From NCBI GenBank assembly GCA_964570365.1, contig CAZMXT010000004.1, forward strand, positions 2,792 to 66,791: 64,000 nucleotides of DNA. Reading direction: 5' to 3'. Source of the stretch: an uncultured Pseudomonadales bacterium. Its GTDB lineage: Bacteria; Patescibacteriota; Microgenomatia; UBA1400; PJMF01. The notes under the pieces were generated by a model. The model saw only the letters and a list, made by a program, of their open reading frames with translations. It was not told the DNA's origin and ran no database searches. A program made the position numbers and the translations under genes. Positions 45,750 through 56,723 of the stretch are shown here, piece by piece. Each line of letters opens with the position of its first letter. Position 1 is the first letter of the stretch.

Positions 45750-46733
45750 ATGAAACATCGCGTTTTATCGGGAATTCGGGCCACTGGCCGTTTACACCTG
45801 GGAAACTATCTCGGTGCTGTGAAAGGCATGTTAGAGCTCCAAGCCGACCCAGATTATGAAACATTATTTATGGTCGCTGATGCCCACGCTGTCACCACCC
45901 CATTTGAGATTGAGCAACTGCGCAAAAATCGCCGCGAAGTCATTATCGATTATCTTTCGTGCGGTCTGGATCCCGTAAAAAGTGTCATTTTCCAGCAAGC
46001 TGAAGTAAGCCAACACTTTGAGCTAGCATTTTACTTCTCAGCTGTGATGACGATTGCCAAGATGCAGCACTTGCCGACCTTCAAAGACAAGGTGAAGCAG
46101 TACCCTGAACATGCCACCATGGCGTTACTGAACTACCCATTACTGATGGCAGCAGATATTTTGGTTTACAAGGCTGACTCAGTGCCAGTTGGTATTGATC
46201 AAGAACCACACTTAGAAGTGACTCGCGAAGTTGCTCGCCGAATGAACCAAGAGTACGGCACAGATTTTCCAGAACCTAAGCGGTTTGCCACCACAGGCGG
46301 CTATGTGCCATCCTTGGTAGGAGAAGGAAAAATGAGCAAGTCAGTGGAGGGTAGTTTTATTAACTTGACTGATTCACTGGAAGAAATTCAAAAGGCCCTA
46401 TCTACGGCACCGACAGACTCTGGAAAAGGTGCAACAGTTCCGACAGAAGGTGGTGTGGCAAACTTGCTCAAGTTTGTTGAGCTCTTCCAAGGTATGGAAC
46501 GTCGCCAAGCCTATGAGCAGCTGTATCAAGGAGATGGCATTCGGTATAAGCAGCTCAAAGATGAGTTAGCTGCTGCAATTTTTGCTGTACTCGAGCCTAT
46601 CCAGAAGCAGCGGGCAGAGCTTGAAGCTAAGCCGGGGTACGTAGATCAGGTTATCAAAGACGGAGCAGAAAAGGCCAGAGCAATTGCCAAGCAAACAGTC
46701 GATGAAGTGAGACAGAAGATGGGGCTGAAGTAG
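45750..46733 (+). CDS. trpS: Tryptophanyl-tRNA synthetase
   Basis: HLGN, YPLLMAADIL, VGIDQEPH, KMSKS. Confidence 0.97.
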   Translation: MKHRVLSGIRATGRLHLGNYLGAVKGMLELQADPDYETLFMVADAHAVTTPFEIEQLRKNRREVIIDYLSCGLDPVKSVIFQQAEVSQHFELAFYFSAVMTIAKMQHLPTFKDKVKQYPEHATMALLNYPLLMAADILVYKADSVPVGIDQEPHLEVTREVARRMNQEYGTDFPEPKRFATTGGYVPSLVGEGKMSKSVEGSFINLTDSLEEIQKALSTAPTDSGKGATVPTEGGVANLLKFVELFQGMERRQAYEQLYQGDGIRYKQLKDELAAAIFAVLEPIQKQRAELEAKPGYVDQVIKDGAEKARAIAKQTVDEVRQKMGLK

Positions 46734-46859
46734 TTACCCCTCTTTAATATCTACTAAGGTACTGTGAATCTTAAACATTAAGAGGATGACCTCGGCGTAG
46801 ACACGCACTGCAATCGGTCCCAAGATAATCATTAAAATTCCACCTACTGGCTCACCACT
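46734..46859 (-). pseudogene. 3' remnant of a DUF4282-like small membrane protein
   Basis: GGILMIILGPIAVRVYAEVILLMFKIHSTLVDIKEG* resembles the R...E...F.I...L..I C-terminal pattern. The 5' part is absent. Confidence 0.45.
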
Positions 46860-46938
46860 ATGTTGTTGAGGCAAGGCACAGTACCTTGGATTCCAAGGAC
46901 CTTCAGCTAATTTTAAGGTCGCACCGTATAATACACGT

Positions 46939-47286
46939 ATGAAACCAACCATTGAGTACAGTGATTTTGACAAAATTGAGTTCCGAGTCGGACAGATTAT
47001 TGAGGCCAGTGCCCCTGAATGGAGTCGCAAGCTGCTGGAATTCAGAGTTGACTTTGGATCTGAGTTTGGAGTAAAAACCATCTTGTCAGGTGTTCGCCAG
47101 TGGTACCAACCTGAAGATTTTTTAAATAAAAAGTTTCCCTTCATCATTAACTTGGCGGAGCGAAAAATGGGCGAGGGTGTTAGTCAGGGCATGATGTTTA
47201 TGGCTGACGCAGAAATAAACGGTGAGCTGCGCCCAGTCTCTCTTCCACTCTCAGTGGAGCTACCCGTTGGTTCTCAACTCCGCTAA
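46939..47286 (+). CDS. tRNA-binding OB-fold protein (Trbp111/CsaA/MetG C-terminal-like)
   Basis: DFDKIEFRVGQI, KLL..VDFG, NLAERKMG..SQGM. Confidence 0.88.
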   Translation: MKPTIEYSDFDKIEFRVGQIIEASAPEWSRKLLEFRVDFGSEFGVKTILSGVRQWYQPEDFLNKKFPFIINLAERKMGEGVSQGMMFMADAEINGELRPVSLPLSVELPVGSQLR

Positions 47287-47326
47287 GAAAGTGATACACT
47301 ACGGGACCTAGTAGCCGAGGATTTAT

Positions 47327-49261
47327 ATGGATACACAGTTTAAGACTACTCAACGCAAAGACTCACCTAAGTCGAGTGAAAAAAACAGCGACCTGCCCCC
47401 AAATCAACCCATCAAAAAGATGGAGTTTCGTTTTGATTTGAGCCAATTATTTGGTCGCAGTTTACTTTTCCTTTTACTTGGACTGCTTTTCTTACCCTTC
47501 CTCTATTCTTTAATGACTGGAAATCCAGAGAATAATATTGGCATTTCCCAGCTGATTACTGATGTCCGCGAGAAGAAGATCGAGCGCTTAGAAGTCGCGG
47601 GTAGTGAGGTCAAAGCTCGGTACAAAGACTCCACATTGAAAGTGGCGCGCAAAGAAGATGGTCAGGCATTGACTCAGGTATTGGATCAAGCTGGGATTGA
47701 CTTGGCTGAAGCGAATGTGGAAGTGAAGAATCTTACCCCTCAGGATATTGCCATTCAGCTAGTGCTCAATATCTTGCCAATTGTGGTGATGGCAGTAATT
47801 TTTCTCTTTTTATTTCGCCAGGCTCGTGGTGCTCAAGATGGGATAATGGGTATCGGCCGGAGTAAGGCCAAGTTATTTATCAAGGGGAAACAAGACACCA
47901 AGTTCTCTGATGTCGGTGGCATGGATGAGGCCAAGCAGGAGCTGGAAGAAATTGTCGACTTTTTAAAGAATCCAAAAAAGTATAAGAAAGTGGGCGCCCG
48001 GACTCCCAAGGGTGTGCTGCTGGTAGGTCCTTCTGGAACTGGTAAGACGTTACTGGCTCGGGCAGTGGCAGGTGAGGCCAATGTCCAGTTTCTTTCTATG
48101 GCAGGCTCGGAGTTTATGGAGATGCTGGTCGGTGTCGGTGCTTCTCGTGTACGTGATCTTTTTCAAACTGCCAAGAAGTTTGCACCTTCAATCATTTTTA
48201 TTGATGAAATTGACGCAATTGGCCGAGTTCGGGGTCATGGCAGCATGGGTGGACATGACGAGCGAGAGCAAACTCTCAACCAAATTCTCGTGGAGATGGA
48301 CGGCTTTACCCAAAACGATAACGTGATCGTGATGGCAGCCACTAACCGTGGTGACATGCTTGATCCAGCTTTAGTCCGACCTGGTCGCTTTGACCGGAGA
48401 GTGCAAGTAAGCTTACCAGACCTGGCGGAGCGCAAATATATTCTGAGCATTCATGCTCGGGGTAAAGTGTTTGCCAAAGACGTCAACTGGGATCGAGTAT
48501 CGAAGCGCACAGTTGGTTTTTCTGGTGCGGATCTGGAGAATATGTTGAATGAGTCGGCAATTGGGATTGCTAGGGACAATAGAGAAGAAATCACCATGGC
48601 AGACATTGAAGAGGCGTCCCTGAAAGTCAAGTTGGGACCCAGCAAGAAGCGGATGCATGACGAAGAAGAGCGCGCTATGACTGCTTACCACGAGGCGGGC
48701 CACGCGGTGATTGCTCACTTTTCTAAGCACTCAGATCCAGTTCATCGCATCTCGATTGTTTCCCGCGGTATGGCACTGGGCTTTACTTTGACCCCACCAG
48801 AGCGAGATAAGGTGCAAGTGACGCGATCCGAGTTAATTGACCAAATTGCCGTACTCCTGGGTGGTCGTGCTGCCGAGCAACTGGTTTTTAATGAATTAAC
48901 CGCTGGTGCTAGCTCCGACATTGAGCGCGCAACGCACATTGCCCGAGCCATGGTGGTGAGTTATGGTATGAGTAAACTCGGAGCGATGAACTTTGGTCCA
49001 GAGTATGACGTTATGAACTACATGAAAGCAGCCGGCGAAGCAGCCACCATCTCTGATCGTCTTCAAGAGAAAGTAGATCAGGAAATTGGGAACATGATTA
49101 CCGAAGGCGAGAAAAAGGCCATGGAAATGATCACCAAGTATCGTAAACAACTGGATCTGGTCTCAAAGCGACTCTTAGAGACAGAAACAATTGATGCTGA
49201 TGAATTCGTGAAGTTAATGGGATCACCAAAAGCAACTAAAACTGCTCATCGTGCCGAGTAA
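47327..49261 (+). CDS. ftsH: ATP-dependent zinc metalloprotease FtsH
   Basis: Two TMs, [27 protein letters not shown]. Confidence 0.98.
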   Translation: MDTQFKTTQRKDSPKSSEKNSDLPPNQPIKKMEFRFDLSQLFGRSLLFLLLGLLFLPFLYSLMTGNPENNIGISQLITDVREKKIERLEVAGSEVKARYKDSTLKVARKEDGQALTQVLDQAGIDLAEANVEVKNLTPQDIAIQLVLNILPIVVMAVIFLFLFRQARGAQDGIMGIGRSKAKLFIKGKQDTKFSDVGGMDEAKQELEEIVDFLKNPKKYKKVGARTPKGVLLVGPSGTGKTLLARAVAGEANVQFLSMAGSEFMEMLVGVGASRVRDLFQTAKKFAPSIIFIDEIDAIGRVRGHGSMGGHDEREQTLNQILVEMDGFTQNDNVIVMAATNRGDMLDPALVRPGRFDRRVQVSLPDLAERKYILSIHARGKVFAKDVNWDRVSKRTVGFSGADLENMLNESAIGIARDNREEITMADIEEASLKVKLGPSKKRMHDEEERAMTAYHEAGHAVIAHFSKHSDPVHRISIVSRGMALGFTLTPPERDKVQVTRSELIDQIAVLLGGRAAEQLVFNELTAGASSDIERATHIARAMVVSYGMSKLGAMNFGPEYDVMNYMKAAGEAATISDRLQEKVDQEIGNMITEGEKKAMEMITKYRKQLDLVSKRLLETETIDADEFVKLMGSPKATKTAHRAE

Positions 49262-50276
49262 AAAAAAACTTGTTACCTCTCCATTACAGTCCCCAGCGGC
49301 TACTATCTCTGTGCCCAGTGAAAAGGGTCAAAAATTTGTCATTATTGATGGTCACGCCTTAATTTATCGCGCGTATCACGCCTTCCATGACCTTTCGACG
49401 CCAGAGGGTTTACTGGTGAATGCAGTCTATGGTTTTTCGCGCATTTTGCTCACAGTCATTCGGGATCTAGAGCCGACGTATATTGCGGTGGCTTTTGACT
49501 GTGCCGAGCCCACCTTCAGACACATAGATTATCTGGGCTATAAAGCCAACCGAGCCGAGATGCCCGAGGACATGAAGCCGCAGATCGACATCATTAAAGA
49601 AATTGTGACGGCGTTCAACATTCCACAGTTTGCCTTACCTGGGTATGAGGCTGATGACATCATTGGCACCATGGTGACTCAGCTCAAGCCGGTTTCCCGC
49701 ACTCACGACCTAACCACTATTATTGTGACTGGCGACCGCGATGCTTTCCAGTTGGTTGATGAGTATGTGCATGTCTGGATGCCAGGTCGCTCCAAGCCAA
49801 TTAGAACTCCTGACATGGAGTATGAGGCTGAAGGTGTGGTCAAGAAGATGGGAGTGACTCCAGGGCAAATCATCGACCTCAAGGCTCTGATGGGCGATGC
49901 CTCAGACAATATTCCTGGCGTAGCTGGAGTGGGTGCCAAGACCGCCGTTAAGCTGATTCAAGAGTTTGGCAGTCTGGAGAAAATATACCAAACCATTCAA
50001 GAACAGAACCTGACTTTTGAAGCTTCCAAACATCCTACCCTGCGGGCCGGCCTCTTAAAAAAACTGGCAATCGGTCACCAAGACGCAGTCATGAGTCAAA
50101 AATTGGCTACCATTGAGTCTGACGTTCCGATTACACTAGAGTTAGAAAAGTGCCGGCTGTCGGGATATAAAAAAGATGACGTGATTAAGATTTTTGAACG
50201 ACTGAGCTTTACATCTTTAATGAGATTATTGCCTGCCGATGCGTTTGAGTTAGAAGTGCAAACAGCCTTATTTTAA
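49251..50276 (+). CDS. Stand-alone 5'-3' exonuclease (PolA N-terminal domain)
   Basis: IDGHALIYRAYHA, YKANR, YEADD, TGDRD, GDASDNIPGVAGVGAKTA; no polymerase domain. Confidence 0.92.
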   Translation: MPSKKKLVTSPLQSPAATISVPSEKGQKFVIIDGHALIYRAYHAFHDLSTPEGLLVNAVYGFSRILLTVIRDLEPTYIAVAFDCAEPTFRHIDYLGYKANRAEMPEDMKPQIDIIKEIVTAFNIPQFALPGYEADDIIGTMVTQLKPVSRTHDLTTIIVTGDRDAFQLVDEYVHVWMPGRSKPIRTPDMEYEAEGVVKKMGVTPGQIIDLKALMGDASDNIPGVAGVGAKTAVKLIQEFGSLEKIYQTIQEQNLTFEASKHPTLRAGLLKKLAIGHQDAVMSQKLATIESDVPITLELEKCRLSGYKKDDVIKIFERLSFTSLMRLLPADAFELEVQTALF

Positions 50277-50287
50277 CTGGACATCAT

Positions 50288-51505
50288 ATGAGTTCTGTTT
50301 CATCGGCCAAAAAACTTCGGGTAGCGTTAGTTCATGATTTTCTGCGCGAGTATGGAGGAGCTGAGAGGGTAGTCGAAGCGCTGCACGAACTCTTTCCAGA
50401 CGCCCCTTTATATACTGCTTTTACAGATCGCTCAGCCATGGGCATTCACTGGCAGAAATTTGCTGATTGGGATATTCGCCAAAGCTGGATGTCGAAGATT
50501 CCGTTTCACCGTCGCTTTTTTTCTCCGCTGCGAATTATTGCTGCTGCCTGCTTTCGCTCCTTCGATTTCAGCAACTATGACGTGGTGATTTCCTCATCCA
50601 ATGCCTACTTTGCTAAGGCAGTCCAAGTTCCTCATCCAGCCATTCATATCTGTTACTGTCACACCCCACCCAGGTCTTTATATGGGTACTCGACCATGAC
50701 TGATTGGCAGAAAAATCCAGTTATTCATGTCGCGGGAACTTTGATTAATCATGTTTGCCGAGTGATTGACGTTCGTGCAGCCCAAAAAGTAGACTACTTC
50801 CTAGCCAACTCTGCAGAGGTGCAGGGCAGGATCCAGAAGTTTTATCGACGGGACTCTACCATTATTTTTCCTCCCGTAAATCTTTCTAGTGAGCCAGTCT
50901 CTGACCAGAAAGTTCACTCTAAAAAGCCCTATTATTTGTACGTAAACCGTTTAGCTTTTTCTAAGCACCCTGAGTTAGCTGTAGCTGCCTGCACCCAGCT
51001 CGGTCGCACGCTAAAAGTTGTAGGCACAGGAAAGATGGAAACTCGTCTGCGCCAAGTTGCGGGACCCACGATTGAGTTTGTGGGCGCAGTCAAAGACGAG
51101 TACTTGGCTGAACTATATCAGGGAGCTGAGGCGCTCTTATACCCAGTTGAAGACGAAGACTTTGGTATTGTGCCAGTGGAGGCTATGGGACACGGCGTGC
51201 CAGTGATTGCCCATCGGTCTGGGGGGCCACAAGAGACGATTATCGGCGTAGATGCCAAGCACAAGAATATGGCAGCCACAGGTCTATTCTTTGATGACTT
51301 AAGTACTCAGGGCGTGATCGATGCGATCCAAGAGTTTGAAGCACTCCAAAAAGAAGCTAAAACTCGCTTTGACCGGCAAAAGATTCACCTCCACGCGCAA
51401 AGCTTCAGCAAAACAAGGTTTCAAAAAGAAATAAAGCAGTTTATGGAAAAGAGTCTTCACGCTAGTATTACTTCTTCCGTACTTCCACAAAAGCCACGTT
51501 ATTAG
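50288..51505 (+). CDS. GT4-family glycosyltransferase
   Basis: GGAERV, YCHTPPR, EDFGIVPVEAM. Confidence 0.9.
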   Translation: MSSVSSAKKLRVALVHDFLREYGGAERVVEALHELFPDAPLYTAFTDRSAMGIHWQKFADWDIRQSWMSKIPFHRRFFSPLRIIAAACFRSFDFSNYDVVISSSNAYFAKAVQVPHPAIHICYCHTPPRSLYGYSTMTDWQKNPVIHVAGTLINHVCRVIDVRAAQKVDYFLANSAEVQGRIQKFYRRDSTIIFPPVNLSSEPVSDQKVHSKKPYYLYVNRLAFSKHPELAVAACTQLGRTLKVVGTGKMETRLRQVAGPTIEFVGAVKDEYLAELYQGAEALLYPVEDEDFGIVPVEAMGHGVPVIAHRSGGPQETIIGVDAKHKNMAATGLFFDDLSTQGVIDAIQEFEALQKEAKTRFDRQKIHLHAQSFSKTRFQKEIKQFMEKSLHASITSSVLPQKPRY

Positions 51506-52889
51506 CGCTCATCAGGACTTGAAGTTGGAGTGTCGTACCCTCTGCTGTTACGTTCTCAGTTTGTTTCCGTCCCCCGAGGAACTCTTTGGTCACGGTGTAC
51601 TCACCTGGTTCCACATTTTGAAAAGTAATGGGCACGTTCTCGGAGTTGCGCCCAGCTGGGTCAAAGTTGGCGAGTACCACCTGGGTGGCTCCATCATCTC
51701 CTCTGGCGGCCGTGGCTTTGACAAAACTGCCCTTGCCCAATAATTGAAGTCGTTGAGTTCCAATTCGGTTGAGCATGCGCAGTGCTTGGTATCTTGGCTT
51801 GGGTTTGCTGCCAAAGTCTTGGTGCGTAAACATGCCCCAGCGACCCCATTTTTCTTGCCCAGCCGGGTCTTTGCCATCTTGAATCTCAAACACAAACGCG
51901 CGATCGACGATATTCATCATCTCAATCGCTCCGGCCACCGTATGCGCCGCCCCAAAGTTTGTATCATAGCCAGGGTGCACATCACTCTCATGGCCCCACT
52001 CCGTAATATGTAGTTCTAGGGAAGCTTCCAGCTGAGGGTAGTTCTGCAGCCAGCTTCTTACCTCAAACATATCTTTTTTATATTGATCGAGGTCCATGCT
52101 GTACCGATGCCAAGAGAAAAAGTCCAGCCGTAAGTTATTTTTTGTAGCGTGTTTAGCGAGCGCATCAAACCAATTGCGGTATAGCGCTGTAATTGCTGGC
52201 CCACCAATCTTAAATGACGAGACACCGCGAGCATTTTGAGCCCCCCGAGCTGCATACTCATATAAAGTAATGTAGTTTTTCTCGCCATAGTACTTCCAGC
52301 CGCCAAATAAGTCGGGTTCATTCCAGACTTCATAGTACACATCTGCAGTACGCCGAGTGCCACTGATGTGCTCAATGGTTTTCTGGACAGTTAGCTGCCA
52401 ATCTTCCCAACGGACTGGCGTGGCAATAATGTCTCCACTCGATATAGCGGGTGGCATGTAACTCAATGCAATGTACGGTTTCGCACCCACCTTTTTAATA
52501 TCATCCAAGATCACGTCGAGCTTAGAAAAATTAAAAGTGAGATTCCCCGGTGTACCCTGGACAATTTCATAAAAGTCATAGATATGATCAATTCGGATGT
52601 ACTCTGGCTGCAGCGCTCTCACCTGACCAGAAATTGGTTCCAGACGCCAGTCATGAGCTTCACCACCCTGAGCGAGGTGTCGCCACGGCCGCGGAACTGG
52701 ACCTAGTACCGCTCGGGTATCGATCATAATATTGGCTGGTTCACCACTGGCGCGACTAAAAAACTCCCTTACCACTTGGATTTGTGAAAGGCCAAAGACA
52801 GTAGCTAGCATGAGCAAAATAAATGGCAGCACACTCAGCGCCAATTTTAGTCGCTGAGTCCGGTAAACACTGCGGTACGAGCTGTGCAT
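51468..52889 (-). CDS. Secreted GH39-like (clan GH-A) glycoside hydrolase
   Basis: N-terminal TM; YYEVWNEPD, IGGPA, DFFSWHRY, ITEWG. Confidence 0.8.
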   Translation of the reverse strand: MHSSYRSVYRTQRLKLALSVLPFILLMLATVFGLSQIQVVREFFSRASGEPANIMIDTRAVLGPVPRPWRHLAQGGEAHDWRLEPISGQVRALQPEYIRIDHIYDFYEIVQGTPGNLTFNFSKLDVILDDIKKVGAKPYIALSYMPPAISSGDIIATPVRWEDWQLTVQKTIEHISGTRRTADVYYEVWNEPDLFGGWKYYGEKNYITLYEYAARGAQNARGVSSFKIGGPAITALYRNWFDALAKHATKNNLRLDFFSWHRYSMDLDQYKKDMFEVRSWLQNYPQLEASLELHITEWGHESDVHPGYDTNFGAAHTVAGAIEMMNIVDRAFVFEIQDGKDPAGQEKWGRWGMFTHQDFGSKPKPRYQALRMLNRIGTQRLQLLGKGSFVKATAARGDDGATQVVLANFDPAGRNSENVPITFQNVEPGEYTVTKEFLGGRKQTENVTAEGTTLQLQVLMSANNVAFVEVRKK

Positions 52890-52971
52890 GACTTAACCCT
52901 AACATACTACGCCTTGAGTAGACAATGGGTGGTAAAATATCAAACCACTTTGTTTTAGAGGAGGTTCTGAG

Positions 52972-53406
52972 ATGTATGAATTTGAGCCGTTTAATGATTT
53001 TGCAGAATTTACGAATCATGCGAATGCCTTACTAAAATATAGTCGAGATAGGGGGGTTGCGTTTCGTCGCCTACATGATAAAGCTGATATTGAGCAGCAT
53101 TTTATTAACTTAGCCCAAGCACTTTATCCAGAGAAGAAAAAACCGACATATGTTGCTCGAGCCCTTTTAAGGAGGTTAATTAAGATGGGGGTTATTACTG
53201 AGGGTGTAATAGAGCGAGAGAATGTGAAACGGGTAATACAAAGCTCAACTGAGCTTGAGGTGCGATCACAGATTAGTGAATCACGTGCGGGACGGCTCAT
53301 GCCGGTTGAAACTTTCTTAGTTATTCAATATGCGCTCTTGACGTATCTGATCCATCTGAAGTTGCAGGAGCAAGCCAGTCTTGACACGTTAGCAGTTAAT
53401 GGGTAA
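52972..53406 (+). CDS. Hypothetical protein
   Basis: 144-aa ORF with an AGGAGG RBS; no motif recognised. Confidence 0.55.
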   Translation: MYEFEPFNDFAEFTNHANALLKYSRDRGVAFRRLHDKADIEQHFINLAQALYPEKKKPTYVARALLRRLIKMGVITEGVIERENVKRVIQSSTELEVRSQISESRAGRLMPVETFLVIQYALLTYLIHLKLQEQASLDTLAVNG

Positions 53407-53415
53407 CATTGCTAA
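53381..53415 (+). promoter_or_regulatory. hrcA operon promoter with overlapping CIRCE-like operator
   Basis: TTGACA (53381-86), 17 bp, TAACAT (53404-09); TTAGCAGTT-N9-CATTGCTAA at 53389-53415. Confidence 0.8.
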
Positions 53416-53417
53416 TT

Positions 53418-54146
53418 ATGATAGATCTTACCCCCAGACAAATCCAAATCTTGCGGGCTATTATTGAAGAATTCATTCAAACTGCTGAACCAGTTGGCTC
53501 AGAAACAATTGACCGTAAGTTTAACCTGGGAGTTTCGCCAGCCACGATTCGTAACGAGATGGTCTACTTGACCAAGCAAGGATACTTGCAGAAAACCCAC
53601 AGTAGCGCTGGTCGAGCGCCAACCTCAATTGCGATGAAGCTCTATGTCAATGAGCTGATGAAGGAGAAAGAGCTGTCAGTCGCTGACGAGGTCTCGGCAA
53701 AAGAGAAAATTTGGGACTGTCGTCGGGAAGTGGATGGCTTGTTAAAACAAGTCACGATGGCCTTGGCGGAGCGTTCGCAGGCAATTGGAATTACTTTAAC
53801 CAGCCAACCAAAACTCTACTCAGCCGGCTACTCCAACTTGCTCCAGATGCCAGAGTTTTACGACATCCAAGTTATGCGGAATGTCTTGGCCTTAATCGAG
53901 GAAGTCCAGTTACTCGAAGAAATTTTTGCCTATGGCGCCAATGAAAGCATTATCCACGTTGTCTATGGCTCAGAACTTGGTAATAAATACCTAGATCCAG
54001 TTGGTGTCATGTTTATGACATTTTCAATTGGTGAAATAGACTGCAAGATGGGCGTGATCGGTTCACAGCGCTTCAACTACTCGTATATTATTCCGATGAT
54101 GAAGTACTATCGGGGATTGATTCAGGAGATGGCACAGCCAGAGTAA
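53418..54146 (+). CDS. hrcA: Heat-inducible repressor HrcA (short form)
   Basis: RQIQIL, EPVGS, SPATIRNEM, HSSAGRAPT; first gene of the dnaK operon. Confidence 0.92.
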   Translation: MIDLTPRQIQILRAIIEEFIQTAEPVGSETIDRKFNLGVSPATIRNEMVYLTKQGYLQKTHSSAGRAPTSIAMKLYVNELMKEKELSVADEVSAKEKIWDCRREVDGLLKQVTMALAERSQAIGITLTSQPKLYSAGYSNLLQMPEFYDIQVMRNVLALIEEVQLLEEIFAYGANESIIHVVYGSELGNKYLDPVGVMFMTFSIGEIDCKMGVIGSQRFNYSYIIPMMKYYRGLIQEMAQPE

Positions 54147-54148
54147 AG

Positions 54149-54655
54149 ATGAGTAAAATTACACCTAAAAATGACGAACTGGAGAAGCTGGAAAAAGAGC
54201 TGGAAGAAGCGCGAGCTGCGGAGCAGCGAGCAAAGGATGGTGAGCTGCGCGCTCTGGCTGACTACCATAACTTGAGTCGGCGGACTCAGGATGATCGAAG
54301 CAAGATGGTCAAGTTTGCTGGACGTGATATTATCGAGAACTTGTTCCAGCCACTGGAGCATTTGTATCTGGCCACCGAACAGCTCAAAAATCCTGGCCTG
54401 ACAATGGTCTACCAGCAGTTTCAAAAAGTGTTGCAGGATGAAGGAGTGAGTGAGATCACTGCGTTAGACCAGCCCTTTGATGCAGCTACCATGGAAGTGC
54501 TGGATAAAGCGGTAACTGAGGATCCAAAACAAGTGGATAAAGTAATCAAGGTTGCGCAACGAGGGTACTTGCTTCATGGCGAAGTCATCAGATTTTCTAA
54601 AGTAGTACTCGGGATAGCTGCTGACGAGGAAGAGCAAAAAACAAACATAAAGTAA
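54149..54655 (+). CDS. grpE: Nucleotide exchange factor GrpE
   Basis: [14 protein letters not shown]....[17 protein letters not shown]. Confidence 0.92.
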   Translation: MSKITPKNDELEKLEKELEEARAAEQRAKDGELRALADYHNLSRRTQDDRSKMVKFAGRDIIENLFQPLEHLYLATEQLKNPGLTMVYQQFQKVLQDEGVSEITALDQPFDAATMEVLDKAVTEDPKQVDKVIKVAQRGYLLHGEVIRFSKVVLGIAADEEEQKTNIK

Positions 54656-54674
54656 CTTAATAAATGGAGGATGT

Positions 54675-56663
54675 ATGACAGACACAAATACAAAAACCGC
54701 GACCGGTAAAATTATCGGAATTGACTTAGGGACCACCAACTCGGCAATCGCCGTTATGGAAGGTGGAACACCGAAGATTATCCCAACGACAGAAGGCAGA
54801 AATACTTTTCCCTCAATTGTTTCCTTTAAGGGAGAGGCAGTGACTGTGGGAGACGCAGCCAAGCGACAGATGGTCTTGAATGCCAAAGCGACGATCAACT
54901 CAGTCAAGCGGTTCATGGGCCAGAAATATAAGTCAGAGAAGGTGCTCAATGCCATCAAGCACGTTGGCTATGAAGTGGTAGACGGAAAAGATGGAATGGC
55001 GGTCATTAAGGTCGCTGGTAAAACATACACCCCACAAGAAATCTCGGCCAAAATTCTGAGTAAAGCCAAGGCAGATGCTGAAGCCTATCTGGGCCAGCCA
55101 GTCAGCAGGGCCGTTATTACCGTACCGGCTTACTTTGATGATGCGCAGCGCCAAGCCACCAAGCAGGCGGGTGAGATCGCTGGATTGACAGTAGAGCGAA
55201 TTGTTAACGAGCCTACAGCTGCTGCTTTAGCCTATGGTTTAGATAAAAAAGAGAACTCCACGATCGCTGTCTATGACTTAGGTGGTGGCACATTTGATAT
55301 CTCCGTCTTAGAAATTGGTGGGGGCGTGTTTGAGGTCAAGTCCACCAATGGTGATACCTTCTTAGGTGGTGATGACTTTGATGGCAAGATCATCGAGTGG
55401 ATCATCAGTGAGTTTAAGAAAGAATCTGGCAAAGACCTGTCTAAGGATCCTCAGGCGTTGCAAAGAATTAAAGATGCTGCTGAAAAAGCCAAAATTGAGC
55501 TTTCTTCTGCGCAGCAAACCGAGATCAACCAACCATTCATTACTCAAGGTGAGGATGGTCAAGCGTTGCACTTAACGATGAGCCTAACCCGGGCCAAACT
55601 CGAGGAGTTGGTAGATAGCTTGATCCAACGTTCCTTTGAGCCAGTGCGTAAAGCACTCGCTGATGCGGGTTTGAAGCCGGCAGACATTCACGAAGTGATC
55701 TTGGTCGGTGGTCAGACTCGGATGCCAAAAGTCCAAGAAGAAGTCAAGAAATACTTTGGCAAGGAACCTCATAAAGGTGTCAACCCAGACGAAGTGGTGG
55801 CGGTAGGAGCGGCCGTTCAAGCCGGTGTAATTGGCGGAGACGTCAAAGACGTTGTGCTTTTAGATGTTACCCCACTGACTTTAGGATTGGAAACCTTGGG
55901 CGGAGTGCGTACACCATTAATTGAGCGCAACACCACCGTTCCCACCAGCAAATCTCAAGTCTTTTCTACTGCGGCAGACAACCAAACCCAAGTGGAGATC
56001 AATGTGCTCCAAGGTGAGCGCGAGATGGCTATAGATAATAAGTCTCTGGGGCGATTTATTTTGGACGGTATTCCACCAGCAATGCGCGGTATGCCTCAAG
56101 TAGAAGTGACGTTTGACATTGACTCAAATGGCATTTTACACGTGACTGCCAAGGATAAAACTAGTGGGAAAGAACAGAAGATCACCATTCAGAACTCAAC
56201 CAATCTCTCTGATGAGGAAGTCGAGAAAATGAAAGCTGATGCTGAAAAATACGCTGAAGAAGATAAGAAAAAACGCGAGACAGTGGAGGCACGAAATCAC
56301 GCCCAAGGCGTCGTCTTTGAGCTGGAAAAGCAACTCAAGGATTATGGCAGCAAGGTAGAGGAAAAGGATCGTCAGACCATCGAAGAGAACGTCAAGAAGC
56401 TCAAAGAATTGGTCGAGAAGACTGATGCTACCAAAGAAGAGCTAGATAAAGCTAGCGAGGAAACCTTGACTTCAGCCCAAAAACTTGGCGAAGCGATGAT
56501 GAAAGAGCAACAAGCCAAGGGAGCCCAGCCTGGTGCCGGTCCCGAAGCCAGTGGTGAAGCCCCGGCAACCGATGCCGAGCCTGCTTCTGAAGCAGACAAA
56601 GCCAAGGAAGAGAAGAAGAAAGAGAAGGGCTCAGCTGAAGAAGGCGAAGTGGTGAAGGAGTAA
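54675..56663 (+). CDS. dnaK: Chaperone DnaK
   Basis: [31 protein letters not shown]. Confidence 0.99.
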   Translation: MTDTNTKTATGKIIGIDLGTTNSAIAVMEGGTPKIIPTTEGRNTFPSIVSFKGEAVTVGDAAKRQMVLNAKATINSVKRFMGQKYKSEKVLNAIKHVGYEVVDGKDGMAVIKVAGKTYTPQEISAKILSKAKADAEAYLGQPVSRAVITVPAYFDDAQRQATKQAGEIAGLTVERIVNEPTAAALAYGLDKKENSTIAVYDLGGGTFDISVLEIGGGVFEVKSTNGDTFLGGDDFDGKIIEWIISEFKKESGKDLSKDPQALQRIKDAAEKAKIELSSAQQTEINQPFITQGEDGQALHLTMSLTRAKLEELVDSLIQRSFEPVRKALADAGLKPADIHEVILVGGQTRMPKVQEEVKKYFGKEPHKGVNPDEVVAVGAAVQAGVIGGDVKDVVLLDVTPLTLGLETLGGVRTPLIERNTTVPTSKSQVFSTAADNQTQVEINVLQGEREMAIDNKSLGRFILDGIPPAMRGMPQVEVTFDIDSNGILHVTAKDKTSGKEQKITIQNSTNLSDEEVEKMKADAEKYAEEDKKKRETVEARNHAQGVVFELEKQLKDYGSKVEEKDRQTIEENVKKLKELVEKTDATKEELDKASEETLTSAQKLGEAMMKEQQAKGAQPGAGPEASGEAPATDAEPASEADKAKEEKKKEKGSAEEGEVVKE

Positions 56664-56681
56664 AAAGAATATTCAATCTAG

Positions 56682-56709
56682 AAGGCGAGGGCAATTGCTC
56701 TCGCCTTTT
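56682..56709 (+). terminator. Hairpin/terminator between dnaK and dnaJ
   Basis: AAGGCGAGGGC-AATT-GCTCTCGCCTTTT. Confidence 0.75.
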
Positions 56710-56723
56710 GTTAAGTAGAAATT

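Noticed and set aside
49251-50276. Truncated polA pseudogene
   Set aside because: The nuclease domain is complete with a clean stop, and stand-alone 5'-3' exonucleases are common.
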